IMG/VR virus record: IMGVR_UViG_3300005676_000004
DNA: 64,000 nucleotides
Reading direction: 5' to 3' (one strand)
Origin: a virus
Positions 56,074 through 64,000 of the stretch are shown here, piece by piece. The translations under genes and the position numbers were made by a program. The first letter of the stretch is position 1, and each line of letters starts with the position of its first letter. The notes under the pieces were generated by a model. That model did not search any database and was not told the origin of the DNA. It was given only the letters and a program-made list of their open reading frames with translations.

Positions 56074-56175
56074 AGAGCACAAACACCAAAAATCGGGTCA
56101 TACGTCGGGCCATCATAGCCCAAAGCCAAAGAAACAATAACAAAAAAAGAAATACTAAACGGGTATACATTCTCC

Positions 56176-56568
56176 ATGGCAACAGTCAACCTTAAATTTA
56201 ATATTCACTCAACGGAACTCATAGACATATTCCTCGATGAACATCCATACTTCGAGTGGAGGGGTACTGATGCTGACCTAAGGACCATAAACACTGGGTT
56301 CTCGTTGGTAGTTGCCAAAGACCTCCAATACACCTACCCACACCTATCGGTAGTAGTAGCAACAGACTATATACCCGATTCAAAAGACGATCCGTTACTC
56401 ATCGTTGAAGGCCTTGACTACGACGGTAAAGATATTACTGTCAGATTCCCAGAAATTTTATCAACTATAGTATTTCACCTTGAAGAAGGTAACTGGAACT
56501 TTTCCGAGCTAATGGAGCTTGGTAAGCAACAACAAGAGATAACCCGACATGATAGCAATTTACCTTAA
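56176..56568 (+). CDS. Hypothetical protein, paralog of 56549
   Basis: LKFN..DPL.IVE..E.GNW. Confidence 0.65.
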   Translation: MATVNLKFNIHSTELIDIFLDEHPYFEWRGTDADLRTINTGFSLVVAKDLQYTYPHLSVVVATDYIPDSKDDPLLIVEGLDYDGKDITVRFPEILSTIVFHLEEGNWNFSELMELGKQQQEITRHDSNLP

Positions 56569-56992
56569 ATTCAACATGAAGTCAAAGGAAATCAAGAACT
56601 TACTCCAAGAGAAAGACCCAGTTTACGCGGAAGCTCTGAAGGACGTCAAGATAAACTATCCACATCTTGATCGTCAAGTTAGGATATTCACAAGAATTAG
56701 TTCACTTAACGGGGCATTCATCTTGCTTCTGAAACGAGAGCTTACGGCTATGTTTCCCGAAGGTACATCCTTCGTGTTTCGCTACGAAGATACGACATTA
56801 CATGATCCACTTTGTATCGTGGAAGACGTCAAGTCCAATAACAGCGAATTTCCAGAATCTATCGCCGAAGCTGAGCGGGTGATAACATCCTTCATTCAAC
56901 ATGGTAACTGGAATCATGCTGATATAGCCACCGAATATCAAAATGTAATTGATAGAGGGATGCAAAGACGTTTACGAGGATACGGTTTCTAA
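56549..56992 (+). CDS. Hypothetical protein, paralog of 56176
   Basis: LKFN..DPL.IVE..HGNW. Confidence 0.65.
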   Translation: MIAIYLKFNMKSKEIKNLLQEKDPVYAEALKDVKINYPHLDRQVRIFTRISSLNGAFILLLKRELTAMFPEGTSFVFRYEDTTLHDPLCIVEDVKSNNSEFPESIAEAERVITSFIQHGNWNHADIATEYQNVIDRGMQRRLRGYGF

Positions 56993-57018
56993 TCTACGGT
57001 TAGTAAGGATACATACGC

Positions 57019-57540
57019 ATGGAATACCTTGGCATAAAAACATATAAGCTCACCGAAGACTTCGCTCAACGTCTGAAGGTAGACCAAGATCAATTAACAG
57101 AGGAACGTACGTTAAACCAAATTGTTGAATTGTACAAAAACATTACAGAATATGATAATGTGCCAACAATTGTTGACAGTGGTGACACGTTGTGGCTGAC
57201 CGAAGATGGTGAAACGTATGATCTAATAGCAACACTTGAACGTTCGTATGATGACTATGGTAGGATAATTGACCGAAGATGTTATAATCTGTATTACTTT
57301 TTTCACCATACCAACGAGTGCCCGATAATCTGTTCTAAATTCATTCACGCCGATACGCTAGATGATGCATATCGTCGGTGGTTTGAAGAAGCGTTAAATT
57401 TCTATCACTCACCAGATGAACCAATAGAAAGACGTGGGAAGATTGAACACTATGCATCATGTAACTGGTATGAAGTATCAATGACAGTTACACCAGTCAA
57501 CGGAAGTATACCAAAAAACAAGAAAAGGAAAAAAGTATGA
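57019..57540 (+). CDS. Hypothetical protein
   Basis: AAGGA RBS. Confidence 0.65.
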   Translation: MEYLGIKTYKLTEDFAQRLKVDQDQLTEERTLNQIVELYKNITEYDNVPTIVDSGDTLWLTEDGETYDLIATLERSYDDYGRIIDRRCYNLYYFFHHTNECPIICSKFIHADTLDDAYRRWFEEALNFYHSPDEPIERRGKIEHYASCNWYEVSMTVTPVNGSIPKNKKRKKV

Positions 57541-57606
57541 ATATACCTTCAGCAAGTGCGCGAGTCTGAACACTTTTTAAACAAACCAACAACTTGATGA
57601 GGACTT

Positions 57607-58110
57607 ATGGGAACGAGATCAATCGTCTCAATCAATAAAAATGGACGACAATATGCCGAAATCTATAAGCACTATGATGGATACCCCAACAACATGTTAT
57701 TTCTTATTGCTCGTGGGTTAATGTGTACGTTTGAAGATGGACGGCAAGAAGTTGAGGAGATTGTACCGAAGGTGCTGTTCGGACTAATGTCGGGGTTTGC
57801 AACGACACATTTGGAGTATCCAGACAGTGGCGACGTGAGGCTATTTTACTATGACATGAACGGTAGACCACTTCCACCTCCCCCTGACGTGTGGGAAGAG
57901 TACACCTTTCACATCAACCTTCTTGACAGCGGGGCGTTTGAAATTCAATTTTCAGATGGCAACCGTAAACACTCATTCACTCTCCCGAGTAGGGTCGGAG
58001 CATCAAATTCCTCAGAGATAGAGGCTAACTGGCACACAATTATCAGTGGAGTGCTTCTAGGGTGCCGTCATCCCGTGCTTCACAAATCACGCATTTTTCA
58101 CTGGGATTGA
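57607..58110 (+). CDS. Conserved phage protein (MGTR..Y.H.DGYP)
   Basis: Motif; GAGG RBS. Confidence 0.7.
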   Translation: MGTRSIVSINKNGRQYAEIYKHYDGYPNNMLFLIARGLMCTFEDGRQEVEEIVPKVLFGLMSGFATTHLEYPDSGDVRLFYYDMNGRPLPPPPDVWEEYTFHINLLDSGAFEIQFSDGNRKHSFTLPSRVGASNSSEIEANWHTIISGVLLGCRHPVLHKSRIFHWD

Positions 58111-58116
58111 ATTAAA

Positions 58117-58148
58117 TTTGCATTTTACGTGCGACGTTCGTATATTGC
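58117..58148 (+). promoter_or_regulatory. FCB-type promoter TTTG-N20-TATATTGC
   Basis: Consensus boxes and spacing. Confidence 0.7.
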
Positions 58149-58177
58149 CTCAAAACACTACAACGGAGTTAAGGAAC

Positions 58178-58531
58178 ATGGGCAAGATTGTAAACATTTC
58201 ACACGATACGATCGTCTTTGACGACGGACATACACTCTACGCATACCACGACAGAGATTGCTGTGAACACCATTGGCTGCAATTTGATTACGTGGATATT
58301 GACGAAGTGAAAGGGTTGGAGTTTGACTTAAACCCAGACGGGTCATTTTTTGAGCGGGTGGATGGGTATGGTATCCGTTTGGTGTCGACTAATGGACACG
58401 CTGTATCAATACCAGGGTATGGCTCAAACAACGGTTACTACTCATCAAACATCACCTTAGTGTTAGTGAGACCTGATGATACGTCGTTGAAATGGGACGT
58501 CTCGGAGTGCCAACAGGAAGAAGATAGGTAG
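58178..58531 (+). CDS. Conserved phage protein (DCCE..NGYYS, DUF7448-like)
   Basis: HDRDCCEHHW..GSNNGYYSS. Confidence 0.65.
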   Translation: MGKIVNISHDTIVFDDGHTLYAYHDRDCCEHHWLQFDYVDIDEVKGLEFDLNPDGSFFERVDGYGIRLVSTNGHAVSIPGYGSNNGYYSSNITLVLVRPDDTSLKWDVSECQQEEDR

Positions 58532-58536
58532 TAACC

Positions 58537-58791
58537 GTGAAGACCATCGAAGAGATGAAGAGAGAAGCTATGCTGACTCCACTGCGGTTGGTGGACCCAC
58601 AGCCACCCGAAACGCTACCAGCGGAAGGTATCGTATTTGTACTCGATGCGAATGGTAGCTTATGGGATGACTTTGCTAAGTACATACATGAATATTTCAC
58701 AGAATATAAAATCATAGCATGGTCATACACCGCAACACACGAACCGCAAGAGCCTACTCAACATGAGATCAAGACGAAAGGGTGGATATGA
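58537..58791 (+). CDS. Hypothetical protein
   Basis: GTG start; ATGA-coupled to the downstream gene. Confidence 0.55.
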   Translation: MKTIEEMKREAMLTPLRLVDPQPPETLPAEGIVFVLDANGSLWDDFAKYIHEYFTEYKIIAWSYTATHEPQEPTQHEIKTKGWI

Positions 58792-59156
58792 CCAATCAAT
58801 CAGTATTCAACAAAGTCGTTAAACACCTTCTAACACAAAAAGAACGCAGCGTGGACGATGATGATAAATGTATGTATTACGGCCCAAAAGGAAGGAAATG
58901 CGCTATTGGTGTGCTTATTCCACGACATGAATATGATCCTTACATGGAAGGATTAACTATTTATGATCTTTTAGGATACTCTACCGAGTTCGGCTGGGAT
59001 TTTCCATTTGATAATCCTCGTGTAAACATAGACTTATTAGACGATTTACGAGAAGTTCATGACGTACACCCTGTTTACGAATGGTACAAACTTTTAAAAT
59101 CACTTGCTAAAAAATATAATCTAAAGTTCAACCCACCGAAGGAATACCAACGATGA
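58788..59156 (+). CDS. Q..F.KV..H..Q...C.Y.G..KCAIG.LIP family protein
   Basis: Paralog of 36401 and 43363. Confidence 0.75.
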   Translation: MTNQSVFNKVVKHLLTQKERSVDDDDKCMYYGPKGRKCAIGVLIPRHEYDPYMEGLTIYDLLGYSTEFGWDFPFDNPRVNIDLLDDLREVHDVHPVYEWYKLLKSLAKKYNLKFNPPKEYQR

Positions 59157-59524
59157 CACCCCAAGAAGCATTTACGAAGTCGGTGGTGCATACCTTGCAA
59201 CAAGGAAAGAGATCAACGCGATTGATGCCGTATTCAGCAAAAAAGGTATGCGCTTACCGAGGAGACAATGGACTTAAATGCGCCATCGGTGCATTGATAC
59301 CAGATAACGAATATATACCCGAGATGGAAGGTAATTTAATAATTGATAATTTTAGACGTGGCTTCATTCCACCATCGTTGGCTGGATTTGAAGATATATG
59401 GCTGTTATCATCAATTCAATCCGTACACGATAATGAGGATGTATCGGAGTGGGAAAACGGGTTTCGTAGAGTTGCTCACGTATACAATCTTATCTTTCCA
59501 GATTTTAAGTTGAGGTCAGCATGA
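59153..59524 (+). CDS. Q.AF.K...H..Q...CAYRG family protein
   Basis: CAYRGDNGLKCAIGALIPDNEY. Confidence 0.75.
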   Translation: MTPQEAFTKSVVHTLQQGKRSTRLMPYSAKKVCAYRGDNGLKCAIGALIPDNEYIPEMEGNLIIDNFRRGFIPPSLAGFEDIWLLSSIQSVHDNEDVSEWENGFRRVAHVYNLIFPDFKLRSA

Positions 59525-59958
59525 CAAACCAAGAAATATTTGAGATTGCCGTATGGCACTTTCTCTACAATAAGAGGTATGAAACATCAATGGATATAAA
59601 ACCATTGGAGAAGACACCTGATATGGACATTCATTCGTTTGATCACCATGTCAGCATAACAGAACGATACAAATTCCTTCCTAAGTACAAGTATAGATAC
59701 AACGGTAAAATTGAACCACGTTGTAGTTTTATTAGTCTCCTCATCTTAGACGAGTCGTATACACCCGAGATGGATGGTAAGACGGTAAAACAGCTTATAA
59801 CTGAAGGGCTGTGGCAACCTAGATTCACTGATGCAAATATATCTTTACTTGAGGCTCTTCAAGAAAGTCAAGTATCAGGTGATCTGCCACAATGGGAAGA
59901 AAATCTCCATAATGTTGCTACGACATTTCAATTGGAGTTTATAGAATGGAGTTCATAG
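59521..59958 (+). CDS. Diverged member of the same family
   Basis: QEIFEIAVWH..C..LI..Y.PEMDG..LQ..WEE.L..VA. Confidence 0.65.
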   Translation: MTNQEIFEIAVWHFLYNKRYETSMDIKPLEKTPDMDIHSFDHHVSITERYKFLPKYKYRYNGKIEPRCSFISLLILDESYTPEMDGKTVKQLITEGLWQPRFTDANISLLEALQESQVSGDLPQWEENLHNVATTFQLEFIEWSS

Positions 59959-59961
59959 AAG

Positions 59962-60222
59962 ATGCTAAATAACGACTACACCAAAATCATGAGTAAAATT
60001 CAAGTATTATGGAAACTCGTTGAGGATCGCACGAAAACGGGATCAATATGTGTGTACGTTTCACGGGACATCTTAAATTGTCAAACCGTGTCTCCACACC
60101 CCGAGGGATTCTTGTACGACAAAACAAATACACTCATACGACTTGAAGAATGCCAAGAACCATTGACGCCAGAAGGAATTTTAATGCATTTGTTACACAA
60201 CAGTCAGGAGAAGACAACATGA
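59962..60222 (+). CDS. Hypothetical protein containing the 41-nt repeat
   Basis: ATGA-coupled to the downstream gene. Confidence 0.55.
   Translation: MLNNDYTKIMSKIQVLWKLVEDRTKTGSICVYVSRDILNCQTVSPHPEGFLYDKTNTLIRLEECQEPLTPEGILMHLLHNSQEKTT
60073..60113. repeat. 41-nt exact repeat, copy 2
   Basis: Identical to 18722-18762. Confidence 0.95.
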
Positions 60223-60407
60223 AAACACTACTAATTCTCATCACCGCCCTGTTGTTAACTGGATGTTACAACCGTGGGGAAAAAGTTGAAGATACTGGCG
60301 CATGGATATTGCGCGTACGAGATTGCGAATACGTTCGCGTATTTGATCGTGCTATCGTTCACGCTGGAGATTGTAGTAACCCTAAGCACAAGGAACAACT
60401 GAAATGA
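60219..60407 (+). CDS. Small lipoprotein
   Basis: MKTLLILITALLLTGC lipobox; HAGDCSNP.H tail. Confidence 0.75.
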   Translation: MKTLLILITALLLTGCYNRGEKVEDTGAWILRVRDCEYVRVFDRAIVHAGDCSNPKHKEQLK

Positions 60408-60616
60408 AATCATTGCTAATAATTGTTACTTGTCTAGTATTGTCGGGTTGTGTTCAACGTGAACCATCTCACAAAGAGCTACATAACGATTTGAGCCATG
60501 TAACAAAAATCAAGGTAGATAATTGTCAGTACGTCGTGTTTGAAAGTTACAGATCAGGCGGTATCACTCATGCCGGAGATTGTAGTAACCCTGCGCACAA
60601 GGAACAGCCAAAATGA
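60404..60616 (+). CDS. Small lipoprotein, paralog of 60219
   Basis: MKSLLIIVTCLVLSGC lipobox; HAGDCSNP.H tail. Confidence 0.75.
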   Translation: MKSLLIIVTCLVLSGCVQREPSHKELHNDLSHVTKIKVDNCQYVVFESYRSGGITHAGDCSNPAHKEQPK

Positions 60617-61005
60617 AGCTGTGCAAGGATTGTAAACATGTAAAGAGGGGTGTTCTCCCACTAGATATTTCCGCCCCGATTGCGGTTTGCGAAGCAGTGT
60701 CGTTAACTGACATTGATTATGTCAATGGCGATAAGGTTATAATAGAATCTGTGACTTGTTGGGATGCAAGGAAAGAAGGTGCGAAATGCGGCCCAGAGGG
60801 AAAACTCTTTGAGCTACGAGAGCCTCTTAACCTTCACCCCATTGTCAAGACTAGCATATCGCCTTCGCGGATAGATCGTGTTATGAACATTGCCCATCGA
60901 ATTACTGGTTGGCTGTATGGTAACTTTGATCTAATCATGTACGTGGTAGCCTCATTCTTAATGATCATCTTCATTATTGTTCTATTCACGTCGGTGACAC
61001 CGTGA
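60613..61005 (+). CDS. Cys-rich CxxC..CG..GKLFE protein with C-terminal TM
   Basis: MKLCKDCKH..CGPEGKLFE; same architecture as 27572. Confidence 0.7.
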   Translation: MKLCKDCKHVKRGVLPLDISAPIAVCEAVSLTDIDYVNGDKVIIESVTCWDARKEGAKCGPEGKLFELREPLNLHPIVKTSISPSRIDRVMNIAHRITGWLYGNFDLIMYVVASFLMIIFIIVLFTSVTP

Positions 61006-61205
61006 AACTTTGCAAGAATTGTAAATATTACGCTGGAGAGCGACAGTGTGCCAATAGCGATGACTGCTATTTAGGATGTGTTCATCCTAAGGCTATTGAA
61101 ATTGACATTGTAACTGGCGTCGGGAGAATGGCCGATGCAAGAGAACAACGGGAGTCATTCTTCAAATGCGGTCCATTTGGTAGACGATGGGAACCGAAGC
61201 GGTGA
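61002..61205 (+). CDS. Cys-rich CxxC..CG..WEPK protein
   Basis: MKLCKNCKYY..CVHP..CGPFGRRWEPK. Confidence 0.7.
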   Translation: MKLCKNCKYYAGERQCANSDDCYLGCVHPKAIEIDIVTGVGRMADAREQRESFFKCGPFGRRWEPKR

Positions 61206-61305
61206 CAAAGTACAACTTGATGTGATACAAAACGCAACATGTCAACAGGCACGATCAGCGAGACACCTTTGCGGCAAAGATGGTAAATTATGGGAGACGA
61301 AATGA
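61201..61305 (+). pseudogene. 3' remnant of another Cys-rich family gene
   Basis: +1 frame reads GDKVQLDVIQNATCQQARSARHLCGKDGKLWETK*; stop is ATGA-coupled to the next gene; no start of its own. Confidence 0.6.
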
Positions 61306-61655
61306 ATACCAAGACAATTGATGTATGGGCTGAAAATGACATCTATGAGAACCTTGACGAAGACGGTTTTCTTTATGATGGTATTGGTACTATTGCAAAG
61401 TCTAATAGTATTCCCGTTACCGTTATAAATGGTCATCTTTCGGAGTCGCTGAGGTGGCGGAAGGTGGGGGAGGAGGTTCTTGACGGTAATCAATTTTACG
61501 TCGTGAATGGTGTTGGCGTTTGCAGTGTCGACCTTGACACAGTAGATGGACCATACTGGGTCATAAAAGCACTTGACAACATGATGCTTTGCGAAGCCGA
61601 CGACACTTACCGCCCAGCCATCCCTGGCATCGATTACGTGGAGGGGGAGGTATGA
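61302..61655 (+). CDS. GHL..LRWRKV..YRPAI family protein
   Basis: VTVINGHLSESLRWRKVGEE..YRPAIPGIDY. Confidence 0.75.
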   Translation: MNTKTIDVWAENDIYENLDEDGFLYDGIGTIAKSNSIPVTVINGHLSESLRWRKVGEEVLDGNQFYVVNGVGVCSVDLDTVDGPYWVIKALDNMMLCEADDTYRPAIPGIDYVEGEV

Positions 61656-61936
61656 TCGAAGACATGTTCACCCAATTCCGCGACGACAACGGCAACCGGA
61701 CGGGAGTAACGTGGCCCGCCACCCCTACCGAAATCTCCGCCGCCCATCCGAAATGTAAGAGCTGTGATCATTGCGAAGTTCACGTACACCTTGCAGGGGG
61801 AGGAGCTATCTATGAGTGTTCACCACCCGAAGAAATAGATGGATTTCCTATGCGTGGGCAGACTGTTTTTCCCGCTAGTGATTACTGTCGTCTTCACAGT
61901 GAGTTAATGAAAGGTAAACAAGATGACAAAGGATGA
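61652..61936 (+). CDS. Cys/His-rich protein (CKSCDHC..C..YC..H)
   Basis: ATGA-coupled; start re-called. Confidence 0.6.
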   Translation: MIEDMFTQFRDDNGNRTGVTWPATPTEISAAHPKCKSCDHCEVHVHLAGGGAIYECSPPEEIDGFPMRGQTVFPASDYCRLHSELMKGKQDDKG

Positions 61937-62192
61937 GATAATTAAAGAGCTGAAGAATTTATCGTGGGCGTACCAACAGGCAATGTCTACACCTAATTGG
62001 CGGCAAGATTGCTGGATATCCGACATGCTCGCTGAAGCGGCGGGTATGATAGAATCCTACGACGAACGCAAGATCATCAATGATTTTATTGCGAAGGTTG
62101 AAGCAATAGCTCTTGTCCCGATGGGCTTTTCGTACGTCGCTCACTATGAGGGAATGAAGAAGTTACAGCGAGAGATGAACAATGAAGCGTAA
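61923..62192 (+). CDS. Hypothetical protein
   Basis: Overlapping, co-oriented. Confidence 0.6.
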   Translation: MTKDEIIKELKNLSWAYQQAMSTPNWRQDCWISDMLAEAAGMIESYDERKIINDFIAKVEAIALVPMGFSYVAHYEGMKKLQREMNNEA

Positions 62193-62484
62193 AACAATAG
62201 AGGAGGCTGCAATCGCATACGTGGCTGCCTATAACACCCGTAAAGCTGCAAAGCAGGCGTTACGCAATTGGTTTAATGATAACAGTGACGGCGGTGAAAG
62301 CTATCCTTGTATCCACGGTAGAGAGCGAGCTTGCTTCAAAGGAGCACACCGCGATGAGTATTGCGAGTATTGTGTTGAACACCACCGTTTATATGAGGCT
62401 TACTATGTAACGATAGCAAAACAACAAGCGCGATTGAAAACATTGGATAGAGCTGTAAACAGAACAGAAGGAATACATACGTAG
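62182..62484 (+). CDS. AAIAYV..C..C..C..C family protein
   Basis: Paralog of the C-terminal half of 62490. Confidence 0.7.
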   Translation: MKRKTIEEAAIAYVAAYNTRKAAKQALRNWFNDNSDGGESYPCIHGRERACFKGAHRDEYCEYCVEHHRLYEAYYVTIAKQQARLKTLDRAVNRTEGIHT

Positions 62485-62489
62485 GAGAC

Positions 62490-63017
62490 ATGATGGATGA
62501 CTATAAAGGTTTAGAAGTAGTTGATATTCACCACAACGTTGAGGCAAATATCACGATACGAAAACAAATCATAGAGGAGTTGGGACGACTGTGTCTTATA
62601 TTTTATTACAAGGCATGTGCTCCGTTCTTAACAAACACTAAGTATTTTGAGCACATAAGGTCGTCAAGAGTACTCCGATATGCCATTGAATTGATTGAAT
62701 CTTTTGAGGAAGGCGTTATCATTCAAGACGCCGCAATTGCATATGTCAAGGCGCGGAATGCACGAAAGGCGGCGAAAGAAGCATTACAACAATGGTGTGA
62801 AGAAAACAAGTTTGAAGACGGAGATTACCCGTGTGTTAACTACTACAAAGGTCAAGCATGTTTTCAACAAAATTTACCAACAGCCGACTACTGTGACCTA
62901 TGCAACACTAGACAACCTCTATACCATACGTATAGACAAGCCGCCGCGAAACAACAAGATGCATTAAGAACTTTGGATAATTTAGTAAACAAAACAACTA
63001 TAAGAGAAATACAATGA
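62490..63017 (+). CDS. Fusion protein with C-terminal AAIAYV..YPC..CF..C..C module
   Basis: C-terminal half matches 62182. Confidence 0.7.
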   Translation: MMDDYKGLEVVDIHHNVEANITIRKQIIEELGRLCLIFYYKACAPFLTNTKYFEHIRSSRVLRYAIELIESFEEGVIIQDAAIAYVKARNARKAAKEALQQWCEENKFEDGDYPCVNYYKGQACFQQNLPTADYCDLCNTRQPLYHTYRQAAAKQQDALRTLDNLVNKTTIREIQ

Positions 63018-63349
63018 ATAACTTCAAAGAAATAAGTAACGATGAACTTGCCAAATCAATAATTGATCTGACAAATGGCGGAGATGTATCAATTGCTCAC
63101 CTACACGAGGCCGCTCGACGTCTGTCGGCAATGCCACGTATCTACGACGTGGCAACGGGAGAGAGGCCAGAAGAAAACATATACGTTGATTGCATTGCGA
63201 TAGACGCGCACGGTGGATATATTATGGGAGAATACTTCTCCGAGAGATTTGACAGACACGATACGCTTGAAACGGTAGATTTGAACGAAGACGTCAAGTT
63301 CATGATCAAGATTCCCGACATCATCGCATGGGTAAAAGGAGATGGCTAA
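63014..63349 (+). CDS. NFKEISN.ELA family protein
   Basis: Paralog of 63349. Confidence 0.7.
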   Translation: MNNFKEISNDELAKSIIDLTNGGDVSIAHLHEAARRLSAMPRIYDVATGERPEENIYVDCIAIDAHGGYIMGEYFSERFDRHDTLETVDLNEDVKFMIKIPDIIAWVKGDG

Positions 63350-63708
63350 TGGATAACTTCAAAGAAATAAGCAACGAAGAGCTTGCCATGCGTCTACCCG
63401 CACTCAACCCTGTTGATGAACTACAGAGTATGATTGTAAACGAGACAGGACGTAGACTTATGATGATGCCTAGTATCTACCACGCGCCGAGTGACTCAAG
63501 ACCAAAAAATGGGGCGGTAATTGTTGCATTTTTTACCGAACAAACTAGTCACAGTGGAGTTGTGTTGGGTAACTATGAATCGAAAACTGATAAGATCAGA
63601 GTAAATTTTATAAAGAAAGGGCAGGCATCCAAATATTCGTTCAACAATGTTGAATATTGGTGTTATGCTCATGACATGGCAGTATGGGTGAAAGGAGTAG
63701 TAAGATGA
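63349..63708 (+). CDS. NFKEISN.ELA family protein
   Basis: Paralog of 63014; TAATG overlap. Confidence 0.7.
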   Translation: MDNFKEISNEELAMRLPALNPVDELQSMIVNETGRRLMMMPSIYHAPSDSRPKNGAVIVAFFTEQTSHSGVVLGNYESKTDKIRVNFIKKGQASKYSFNNVEYWCYAHDMAVWVKGVVR

Positions 63709-64000
63709 TTGAACTTGTAGTTGCACACTTCATTGGCGACTGGTTGCTGCAACCGAGATGGATGGGTGTGAGTAAGTCAACTCGTGTATCATCCCTGTTA
63801 GCACATTTAGCATTAGTTGCGTTACCACTGCTTGTAGTGTGCTTTATGCGAGGTACTCTACTGTGGCTTCCTATATATTTGATCCTGCATGGTATCCAGG
63901 ATTGGTTCATTTGGAGACTTGCTAAGCGATACATACCAGCAGATAACTGGTATAATGATAGTCGTTTTTGGCATACGGTTGGATTTGATCAATGCCTCCA
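63705..64000 (+). CDS. DUF3307-like membrane protein (partial, runs off the window)
   Basis: MIELVVAHFIGDWLLQ..M..K..LAH..H..QD..GFDQ.. Confidence 0.75.
   Translation, partial: MIELVVAHFIGDWLLQPRWMGVSKSTRVSSLLAHLALVALPLLVVCFMRGTLLWLPIYLILHGIQDWFIWRLAKRYIPADNWYNDSRFWHTVGFDQCL

Noticed and set aside
870-63934. Numerous 60-150 aa ORFs antisense to or nested in clear genes
   Set aside because: Shadow ORFs with no RBS, no motifs and no coupling to neighbours
1-64000. Stop-codon reassignment (common in some large phages)
   Set aside because: Long genes are intact in the standard code, and TAA, TAG (e.g. 5445) and TGA all terminate clear genes

Overview
This window looks like part of a large lytic dsDNA phage genome, most likely infecting an FCB-group bacterium (Kapabacteria/Ignavibacteria/Chlorobi/Bacteroidota-like). 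The host call rests on a T9SS C-terminal sorting domain, TTTG-N20-TAnnTTTG-type promoters and a DUF4494-like gene. Layout: (1) 1-5.8 kb, + strand, late-type genes: the end of a fibre-like protein, a 1467-aa IgGFc-binding/Ig-repeat T9SS-cargo protein and a GH19 lysin. (2) 5.8-10.8 kb, - strand: degenerate UDP-GlcNAc 2-epimerase-like gene, C5 methyltransferase, TOPRIM primase, and putative head-packaged proteins. (3) 11-51 kb, - strand: a dense array of small genes built from a few repeatedly duplicated and shuffled families, plus a PRPP-synthetase-like/NAMPT-like pair (NARP1-type NAD reconstitution), a SLOG protein, a perfect parS site and a candidate structured ncRNA. (4) 51.4-64 kb, + strand: the same families in mirror orientation, a second C5-MTase-like gene and a G-tract-rich non-coding locus. 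The two arms diverge from back-to-back promoters at about 51.35 kb. I found no tRNA, rRNA, CRISPR array, integrase or reverse transcriptase. All family assignments come from motif recognition by eye, not database searches.
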